Assembly: GCA_973851085.1 (NCBI GenBank)
Contig: OZ316775.1
Location: forward strand, 23,064,001 to 23,128,000
From: Ptychomitrium polyphyllum
Lineage: Eukaryota
Direction: 5' to 3'
Length of the DNA: 64,000 nucleotides
Shown: positions 54,260 through 64,000 of the stretch, piece after piece
How positions within the stretch are numbered: position 1 is the stretch's first letter
Layout: every line of letters starts with the position of its first letter
The notes under the pieces: model-generated
The model's database searches: none
What the model saw: the letters and a program-made list of their open reading frames with translations, nothing else
What the model was told of the DNA's origin: nothing
Made by a program: the position numbers and the translations under genes

Positions 54260-54330
54260 TATTTACCATGCATATTATGGTAGAGAATTTACCATGCATA
54301 TTATGGTAGAGAATTCACCATGCATGGTAA
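54260..54330. repeat. Tandem repeat, 26-bp quasi-palindromic unit x ~2.6
   Basis: atttaccatgcatattatggtagaga repeated. Confidence 0.85.
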
Positions 54331-54477
54331 GAGGGTCCTGAACCTTACAGTGTATAACTTTATGAGGAGTCCAAAATCAGCTACTTTTTAAAATTATAAT
54401 TGACAAGTAACAAAGCGATACTTAAAGTACAAAAAGGTAAAACTATAGAGGCTATTTTTGATGCAGCAGGTGAAACC

Positions 54478-57400
54478 TTAACAATCTAGTGTGTTGTCAA
54501 GCTCCCATTTTGATAAGTGGCTTGTGTATGAGCGCCATTGTTCCTTTTGAATCTTGAGATAGCTGATGACGAACTCCTCCCCGAGGGCCTGCAATGATGA
54601 GCCACAATAATACAGTGAAAAATTCTGTTATTTGCAATTGAACTAATTGCTACCAAGACCAAATTTACGAAAAATACACAGCACAGCATTTGCTCCTCTA
54701 CCGACCTTTTTGAAGGTTTCCGAACGAGAAAGATTCTCGAGGGCTTCCAGCAGCGTTGAAGGCAGAGCTTTCAAAACCTTCGGCCATAGACAAGAGAAGA
54801 ATATCATAAATATGACTTGTTATTAAGAAATGGATGTGGAAAGCAAGACGTGCTAATAGCTCCAAGCAGGTAATCTCTGTATAAAAGCTTTCAGATGGTT
54901 AAAGCTCAGAGCCAAGTTGAAGCTTACAGGGGCATTAGGAGGAGGTAAGTGACCATTCCAATCACATCGGTCTGGTGCTTTCAGGTTTTTTTCTATGCCA
55001 TCAAGCCCACTTGCTGCACACACAGATCCCATATTAAGAAATTAACAATGTTAGCTTGAGAGCAATAGAACCATACACCACAAACCATACAGGTGAAACT
55101 AAAAGTTTGAAATTTGAGTAAGGGGAACTTGCCGAGTACTCCAGCTTGCAGAAGGTAAGGATTTACAGCCCCATCTGCCAACCTCAGCTCAAATCGTTCC
55201 TTGTCTGGTATCCTGCCAATGTTTGCAAATCAACGGTAATTTCAAAACCTGAAAAAAACTGCTCTCTACTTGTCTATCCATTGCCCAGAGGATGTTCGCT
55301 TTATAAGTAACCTGGGTTCTCATTAACATATTATGGGGAGGTAGAGGCTTAAGGTTCACTTTGGTATTGTCAACTCCATGCTGCTCGAATACTCAATCTA
55401 CCTGTCTCTGTATGGGCTAGATGATTGAATGCAAGAGTAGCGTTCGGACCTCAATAGATGAGTGCGGTTGTTGCCAGTATAGGAAACAGTGCAAGGAGCC
55501 CACGATGATCCTGACGCAGTTGATTGCCCATCAATTCGCTTGTAGCTATTCACGGTTGGATTCAAAAGCGCCACTAATGCCTGCAAACGCAATGATCCCC
55601 TTTTCAAAAGATAGCAATCAATTTTATAGAAAAGTCACCAATCATACCTAAAGCTCAGCGTGCAGAAAAGATTTAATGAGTATGGTAATGCCTGGGAATT
55701 ATCCAACACGCCAGCCAAGAAATTGTAGGCCAACCCTGATAGCCCCTGCAAAGGTAAGTCATAGGAAGTTACTGAGACGAACATCAGACGATACATTTAC
55801 TAAGGAGCATAAAGGAAAATTTCAAAATGCATTTGGAATTGCAAAAATCATAGCTTGAGAAACAAGGTAACCTCCAAGGTCGAGTTGCTTAAGATCATTA
55901 TGAAGGATGTGGCATACTGTTTCTCGAAGTAAAGGTGAAGCAGAGAAAAGAACAAAGTGGGTCAGTGAGGTTTGAACCAGTTCTCCGTGGTCGTCATGGA
56001 AGAGGTTGCATGAGCCGTCTAGGTTCCATACAGATACATGACAGTGTGCACCGTTTCCCGTTTTGTTGACGAAAGGCTTGGGCATGAACGTTGCTCGAAA
56101 CCCTAAACCCATCAATGAACCACAGCTATAACGTCTGGAAAGAACGAAAACCAGGTAAACGTATTTCTAGGCTTGAAATTCATCAAAGTGTTGCTCACCA
56201 TGCTTCTCGGCCACGGATTTCGCCATGAACTTGAAGAACGTATGCTTGTCAGCTGTTGCTAAGCAGTCATCGTATTCCCAGTTCAGCTCGAATTGCCCAT
56301 TACCATCCTGCTTGACCACATCCACAGATAAAGAGTCTTCCAGCTTTCATGAACATAGAAGAGTACCTTCTAGTTGTGGTGCGGTGGTGCGCTACTTACT
56401 TCATGATCGGCTTGGTATGGTTTCCAACCGAGAGTCTCCATGTGCTCGAGCAGCTCAGATATCACCGGAAAATGCCGCATGAGGGCACCCTAGTGGGATA
56501 TCAAAGAAAAAATTGATCAACGTCGGAAACATCAGCCTTGGAAGTGATTTAAGCCTAGGATTAAACTTCAGAAATGCATACCTGGTCATAGCAAGGCTTG
56601 CTTGCAACGTCTTTGCTGTCGGCAATCTCAGTGTTCGCGCCATTTGTCAGGAGGAAAAATTCACACTCCACACCAGTCTTCATCCGGAATTCCTTCTCCT
56701 TGGCTTTTTTAATCTGTTCCCCTTAGTCAAGCAGTTGAGATTTTCACGTAGTACCATGATTGATTCATTTGAAACAATGTGGAAGTGCGCAGTCATTGGA
56801 ACATGAATTGGACAAATACCTGATTTTTCAAGACATAGCGAGGTGATTGAAGTACAGGAGTATCATTCATGTAGAGATCGCTTGATACCCAAGCTACGCC
56901 CTCGGTCCATGGAAGCTTGATGACGCTGTTTGCATCCGGCACGGCCATCTGAACAACAACAATGCCGCTGCTAAACGTAAAAAGCATGGTAAAGCAGTGT
57001 GGGGTGACGACAGTATTAAGTTTAGGTTGAATATGATCGAGAGTGTTGTTTAGATATGGGGGCACACCACGTCGGAATCAGCAGCTGTCATGTCAAAGTG
57101 AGCGGCATAGCCAGCGAATCCTGCTCCCACTTTTTGCATCCCCCCAATCGCTGCACTAGGCACCAGCTTCGACCGCACTACTCCCAGTAAGTCCACATAA
57201 CTCACCTGCCAAACACCGAACTCGATTTTCAAATTCTAGAAGGAGAAGTGGAACGAAACTAAACACGCAGAAACATCCTACATTCGCTGACTCTGTGTCT
57301 TCGTCAACCTCAAACCTAGGCTTACCTTTCGAATCCAGGCAGCCTTCTTTACAGAAATTAATTTACGCGTACATCGACGGTTCAGCAGCTTGACTGACGA

Positions 57401-57568
57401 TAAGATTGGATCACCAAGGAATAAGGATTCGATCTCTGCCAAGGAAAGACAAATCTAGTGAAACAGTGGAAAAAACAGAGTTTGCGAGCAGTACATGGCG
57501 AGACTTACAAGGAAGAAGTTGATTCCATTGTCAAATGCAAACTTCTCCAGCATGCCGGTGTTCGCCAT
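54478..57568 (-). CDS. glnT: Glutamine synthetase family protein of the bacterial GlnT (type III glutamate-ammonia ligase) / GmaS (gamma-glutamylmethylamide synthetase) type, ~438 aa, 13 exons
   Basis: Exons 57568-57509, 57205-57068, 56948-56820, 56713-56582, 56489-56400, 56307-56199, 56102-55978, 55745-55692, 55580-55450, 55212-55133, 55013-54928, 54777-54706, 54588-54478 (two GC donors needed). Motifs GAGFAGYA, KTGVECEFFLL, KPCYDQ, PYQADHEDGNGQFELNW, ATFMPKP, TGNGAH, NPTVNSYKR, GNNRTH, RFELRLADGAVNPYL, WELDNTLDC*. Confidence 0.92.
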
Positions 57569-59029
57569 AAACTCTCACCTTAGTCTCAATTCGAGTAATA
57601 CTAAGTCCGAAAGTGCCGAAGAATCCCAGGCCGATCGAAAAGACTCAAATCCGTCAAACTCAGAGACAATCGCAAGCTCTGTCCCTCTTTCTATGCTTAT
57701 ACCAACTCATCAAATGCAGAGGCTTTCTTGTACCAGAATTCTCTAAACAAAGAGGATGATCCGATCGTGACCCAGCTTTCACATTGTGCTAGATCGTAAC
57801 CTCTCTGGACTCAACTTGCGATGATTGAAACCGGCGTTGGGATGAGAAGCGGAGAACCAGTTCGCAAGTATCTAGGTAGAGTCATTGTTGCATCCAGAGG
57901 CAAAGAAACACCCCATTTTCCTAGACTAGTCCAAAGAAATTCAACCGCTGGTGTACATTTTACGTCATGCACCTGGGCCCAGAAAACTATGTCTTTCTAA
58001 GCATGGCAGATGTTTATTTCTGAGCTACAAACAACCTGCGAACCACGAGTGGAATGATGGGTTTCGCTTTCTCTGCGTCTCAATTCAATTGGACGGATAT
58101 TAGAGATTGGCAAATCCTCATGCACTAGAAAGAAATGTATAGGATCGTACACATTTTGTAGTATGAGCTGTATGGAAATTGTAAGACTTTGTACCTTCTT
58201 CACTTTGGTATATTATTTACATTTTCTGTAGTTTACATTGCATGTTTGTTTCTAACCAAATTAAGTATACAATTAAGAAAATGTATTTGATATCATTACA
58301 GAGTCTACATCCACCCTACATATTCTCCACTCACTTTGCTATTGCCAAATCCAAATAATATGTACCGCAAAGAATAACAAAAAATCAACAAAATAAAATA
58401 ATGTAATACATGTACATATGTATTGCAAAATTGTAAAAAAAAACTGAATAAGTTTTATATAATTGGACATAAGACAAGTTCGACCATTAAAAATTGGAGC
58501 CATTTGCAATCCAAAAGCAAATCAACCATGTGACTTACCGCTTAAAGCTACAAGCATTAAGTACATTCAATTTTTTATATTTCACTTTTCGTGGATTTTA
58601 AGGAATAAAATATAATTAGACAGCCACCACTTCCTTTGTTGAAAATTTGATGGTTGTCATAACTTTGAAGTGGAATAAGTTTTCAATTTCTGGATAAAAA
58701 ATAGAAAGTTGGAATATTTGGTTCATTAGCATGGACATGATAGTAGTGGACATGTATGAAAGCCAACTTGCAATCTTACTAATTTGCTAATAAATATTTG
58801 CTAGTTCCATCAATGACATCAAACTTATCCATTTATTTCTTTTATTTGTAAGAAATCACTTATGAACTATGTCATTTGATAAAACAACTTTGAATGCATC
58901 AATTGCAAATGAAGTAGTTTGAATAAAACAATTAATGAAAGATATTGGCTATACCATTTAAAAGGTTTACTTTTTTTTTTTAATAACCAATCTATTATTA
59001 CTTTAATTAAAAATCCATACCGTTATGGT

Positions 59030-59290
59030 ACATCAAAGCATAAAGTATTATTATTTTAAAGTAAAGATCAATCATAGAGATATTAGTGTTTTTTTGTCCA
59101 ATCTAAGATATGGTAGTTGATGCTTTAACAAAAGCATTATCAAAATTAAATATAATAGATGTTTAAACACAATGGAAGTGGAGGAATTCATTGTATAATT
59201 TAAATATAGGTCAAAGGAGAGTATTTATAACCTTTATATTTAGATTATAAAAGGAGAATGTCTATAACCTTTATATTTAGATTATAAGAG
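59030..59290 (+). mobile_element. Ty1/copia 3' end relic (RNase H C-terminus, PPT-like tract, decayed LTR start with a short duplication)
   Basis: Translates CPI*DMVVDALTKALS (cf. copia ADxLTK motif), followed by aggtcaaaggagag. Confidence 0.55.
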
Positions 59291-59399
59291 CTATACAATG
59301 ATGTCAAGGAATATGTCTTTTCATCTCTAATGGTTATCATCAGCCATTACTAGGATACAAATTTAACATATCGACTAATATATATACAATAACGTTTTG

Positions 59400-61000
59400 C
59401 AGAGAGCATGAATGCAGAAGAATTCCCTCGGGCTTCATGTCGCAGTGGACTATCTTGTTGGCAATCGTCATGGTGGTAAGCCAATCCTTTAGCGGTTTGA
59501 ATCGCTATGGGAAACCTGAGCTTCCATTCTAAGGAGATGCTAATTTGTCCCTTCGAAAGGGTGCTCTATCAAGGGAACCCTTCCAACATATCCATACACA
59601 AGGAATCTGTGATGTGCTTCGGAACAGTAACCAAGTAGGGAAACTAGATTAACACGGCGGACAAGTCTTTTGCAGTCGACCTCGTTCAGAAACTCTTTCT
59701 CGACATGGTTAGAGAGTTGCTTGTTCAACCGTTTCACAGCCACTAGTGTCACGTTCTTGAAAGAGGTGTGCTCGCTTCCAAACTGCCCCTGGAACACGGT
59801 TCCATATCCTCCTATTTTTACTTGAAAGTCTGCTGTCAGGTGCGCAATTTCTTAGTATGCGAATCTGACCATAAAGCCTTCTCTAGATATCCACTAGTCC
59901 TATGTCGTCTTCTGAAGCGATTTCTGCATTTTCTGGGCCCAATTCCGAGCACCAAACAAGCATCCGAATGTGCAAGACAACAAGGGATGTAGCACAACAG
60001 CTGGACTAAAAGTGAAAGCTACAATTTTGAGAGTGTTGAGGGGGACTTGTGGGACTGAGTTTGGACTGGGTCTCTGAAGCGAGGCTGCAATTCGTAGGTA
60101 GCTCCGAACATTGAATCGGATTTTTCCATTAAGAAGGACGTCTCGCCTGTGCAAGCACTCACCAATTTTCCCATTACTAGTCGTAAGAGGGATACTGGAT
60201 ACAAGTACTACGCAATAGCAGGAGTCCAAGCACTGCTGCTAGCAGTTGGTTATATTGACATTCTCGATTTTAACTAGATCGTTGTAGGACCAGTTAACAG
60301 ACAAAATCTTAACAAAAGTATCTGGAGGCCGCGCACTAATATTGCAATATGCTGCTGGCTCATTGCTTTTCCATGCGGTTATGGCCTTGGCGCTGCTGTT
60401 TGCTGAAAATTTCTGGCTGGGCAAGAGAGTATCAGTGGGGCTGTCAAAGCTCTGCCACACCACTTGGTTCTGCTGAGCAGCACCAGGTTCTCCGTGCCCT
60501 CAATGGTAGCACGAGTCACATCCAACTGCACAAGGTCCTCACAGATTATATTTACTACTTTTATCGGCCATGCTAGACCAAAAACTGGTTAGGCAATTAG
60601 AAAATCAATTACATAGACATCGAGATAGAACGTGTTGCTTACACTCTCAGTGTTAGACCTCCACACAAGTTCTGAAGACCCACCGCGATTGTCGTGACCT
60701 TGAAGGCCTCCCAGATTGTTGCTGCGCAAGGCCACGGATGTGTCTACAACCTACACGGCTTCCTTGTCCGCAATATTGGCATACCAAATAGCGAGTACGT
60801 ATACCGGAGAGGGAGGATTCGGCTGAGCTCCAGAGGAGAAACCCACTTGGAAAACGCCGCCTTGAGATAACAAGATCATAGTGGTATTCACGTTGATGGT
60901 GGAGCTAGGTGTGATGGTATTGGACTAAGAGGTAACGCACGGAATGAGGCATGTCATTGAATGAAGATGCACTAGAAGTAACTTTGTCCAGCGATGACAT
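59400..61000 (-). pseudogene. G-type (bulb) lectin S-domain receptor-like kinase pseudogene, intronless and 3'-truncated
   Basis: Relics LLSQGGVFQVGF, VLAIWYANI, WQSFDSPTDTLLP, GYGTVFQG, VAVKRL, EFLNEV, NLVSLLGYC, TAKGLAY, IVHCDMKPE, with many stops and frameshifts. Confidence 0.88.
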
Positions 61001-62809
61001 ACCTCTATTCTTAACAGACATGCTTCAGATGTCGTGCCTTTTCGATACATTTTTCGCAGTTTGCAACTGAGTAGTTCAAGTAATCTTCACGGTGGCACTG
61101 AAATCTGATGAGGGTTGAACAAGACCTGCATGCGCTCCATAAGTCAATTCGACTTATGGTAATATATTGAACCTGAAAAGTGTTACCAAGCTTCCAGTAC
61201 TTACGAGAATCAGAGCCAAGTCGCATACATATAATCGATCATAGCCTTGTTGCAACTCGCACCCGGGGTCTAATTGCAGTAGGTAGCACGAAGCTACTGT
61301 GAACTTTAAAGATGTAGTCTGTGTCCGCGTCATCACCTGAGAATCCAAATGCTTGTCGCATCGACCGAGTCTATATGGCACAATTCTGTCAAGCTTTAGG
61401 TGGTCAAGGACTGAGAGCTTGACATAATTGTGCCATGCAGACGGGGTCAATGTGACAATTCATTTGAATTTTTAGATAAACACGGCAGCTGCATTTAACC
61501 AGAGTCCTCCGCTGTTCCTAGCCCGTTATGTCACATCCACCTCGTCCGTTTGAGAGTACTGCACTGTACATATACACAGATCACTCGTATCAACCCAGTG
61601 TTCATGACGTGTACAAATGCTTGGTTGAGGAATACAAATGCAGAGAAGTACTTCATATCCAGAGCGTCTTATTTCCACTGCCAATACTACTAGAGTTATC
61701 AGAGTCCACCGCCAGAATGGCCAGGGCCCAGAACAATGTTGTCAGACCTCTATTCGAACTTTAAAAGAACTCCGCAGCAACAGTAACACAACACAGCCAC
61801 ATCCACGAGAGTGTTGCTTGAGAAAGGACACAGTATACTTATCAGAAAGCATGCTACTCCCGTTAACTCAAATTAATAGTTGAATACTTCAGCACAGAGC
61901 AGACTGAAAGCCACAAATGCCGTGAAAAGAATAACGGGCTGATTGCCTAACAGCCAATAAAAATAAACGGGCACCCCTTAATCTATACATGCTTTCGCCC
62001 CCTCCTTACAAATATTCTGAAACTCAAGCCTAACATCAATGAGCTATACCTAACCTAAGCTTCCTACAGTGTCCTAGAGAATTATTGTACATTTTGAAAA
62101 GAACAAACAAGGCACATAAAGTGGACATGAGCTAGCAATATCTTCTATAGACTGAAGAGAGGCACCAGAGACGTCAAGTGTACAGTAGTCGAATATTCAA
62201 TCCCAGTGACTACGCCACCCTGGATTAGCCTGGAGCAAATTGTTGTGCTTCTGGAAGCAAAACTCTGTCTCGCATAACTCCACAGGGTTCCAAGTCGGAG
62301 CACATTTTCAACACAGTTATGCACCCTACTATAGTGCTTGGACGAGAGAACACATTTTTGTAAGCTTGCGTATGCTCATATCGGAAGCTGAAGTAAGGTT
62401 GACATAACAGTTGGTTGGGATCGGACCTCCATACAACACTCTTGTCTAGGACAATCATACTTGAATTATGGTCATCTTCCTCAGGAACATGTCTGGCGCC
62501 TCCATATTCTCCTTCGCTAAGTTAGCCACTTCTCCAGATCCACCGACTTGGAAACCAATATGTCGTCGAGGAAGACCTCTCCACATATTGCTCCAAAACA
62601 TGTCGTGAGATATATACCTTTGATTCCTTCCCTAATCCACTGATTGGATCACAAAACTAAATGTGTCTGTCAGTCGAAATATGAGGTGTAAACAGCAAAT
62701 TTGCACACCTCAATCTACCTCTCTCTTGTCATCCAGCTGCTGCTAGCTTTGTAGATGCAATTGAACAGAAAATTGCTCGCAAAACTTGTCAACCAAAGAA
62801 CCAACGCTA

Positions 62810-64000
62810 TCAAAGTCCAATGATTTTTTTCAGTACATAAATGATCAGCATGGCTGCACACAAGACGATGAGCACCAATATACAAGTCACCATGGCTCCT
62901 CTTTTCTGGGTCTCCTCTGCCTGCAATCATCCAGCAAACCAGAACCATTACCAACCTTTATATGATAAACACACTGGGCACTTCCAGAAACTTCAAAAGA
63001 TACTGAACTGCAGTATACAAATAATTAATGAAAGTATAAAGAGGATCCTCACCTTCACAAGCTCCTTCACCCCCTGCTCTACTGAGGAAGCAACATTGGT
63101 GATGTTGTAATCAATACGATCAACTATTGTTCCCTGTTTGTATTGATCATACACAGATTCAGAGCCAGCCAGAAAGAACGAACTTAATATTTAGACAATG
63201 GCATGACAACCAATCCAGAAGAAAGTGCAGAGGAAAGATTTTATTTTCTCCAAACGAATCTTCATACTGTCATACCTGATCAATGACGAGAACAGATAGA
63301 TCCTTCATAATTTGTGCTAGGTCATTCACAGATTCCACAATCTGAATTAACATACGCGCAGCATGTTAATTTCAGGCACACTTCCTTTCTGAATTGGTGC
63401 ACAATACCAAGTCATCATTCGCCTTTATTCTCATATTAGAATAAGTAATCGGGAACACAAGGATCCAACAGAAAGAGATGCAGTAACCTTACAAGCCTAT
63501 ACACTATCTTCAAGCCACATTGGAATCATGCTGAGAAGCCTTATCCAAGAAAAAATACTTACCTGATTGATTTCCTTCTCTCGTTCAGCTGACAAAGCTT
63601 CATTCTGTCTTAATTGAACAAGGTGTTGATCTGAGAGACTCTGCAATAGAATGTGAAAATATGAGAAGCATGGTACACAATCACCTTTATAAGTCAAATA
63701 GCTCCAGCTAAAATTAAGAGCTGTAAAGGCAATCATACCAAACTCCCTAACAATGGCACTACCATCACTACCATCACTACCATCGAGACCTGTAAACTCA
63801 ACTAGGACCAGGATGGTGCTCCAGCCTGACAATTATGCAAAGTTGCCCACAGAAAATATCTGACTAATGTGTCTTCCAATTTCTTTTAATTTACAGATCC
63901 ACTTCTCCATACTACTGAATAACTGCAATACAAATCATAACATCACATCGCTCATATACACGAGTGTAATTGGTAGCAACCTGAGAGAAGTCATCGTCTT
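62810..64000 (-). CDS. SYP4: Qa-SNARE syntaxin of the SYP4 / syntaxin-16 group, 3' part
   Basis: Exons >64000-63981, 63640-63563, 63341-63276, 63133-63053, 62920-62810: EREKEINQIVESVNDLAQIMKDLSVLVIDQGTIVDRIDYNI...AEETQK plus C-terminal TM helix. Confidence 0.93.

Noticed and set aside
16472..57568. Bacterial contamination, or one transferred cluster containing both bacterial-type enzymes
   Set aside because: Both genes have many spliceosomal introns and lie ~34 kb apart, separated by plant genes and TEs; no evidence of co-transfer.

Overview
Eukaryotic, intron-rich plant genomic DNA; gene content and LTR families suggest a moss such as Physcomitrium (inference). Gene islands alternate with nests of Ty3/gypsy chromovirus LTR retrotransposons. 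Spliced genes reconstructed by hand: CNOT10 (-, 7 exons), a bacterial/fungal-type cysteine synthase with a transit-peptide-like N-terminus (-, 14 exons), a PMEI-domain pectin methylesterase (+, 2 exons), a receptor-like cytoplasmic kinase with degenerate catalytic motifs (+, 5 exons), an intact 13-exon GlnT/GmaS-type glutamine-synthetase-family gene of bacterial character (-), and the 3' part of a SYP4/syntaxin-16 gene (-). Also present: an intronless orphan ORF behind a 25-bp tandem repeat, an intron-containing STE20/MAP4K pseudogene fragment missed by the ORF track, and a G-type lectin receptor kinase pseudogene. One full-length gypsy element (22232-28752, TSD GATAC) shows the sequence hallmarks of tRNA-independent self-priming. 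The pectin methylesterase gene lies between ~600-bp inverted repeats. All family assignments come from motif recognition; no database search was run.
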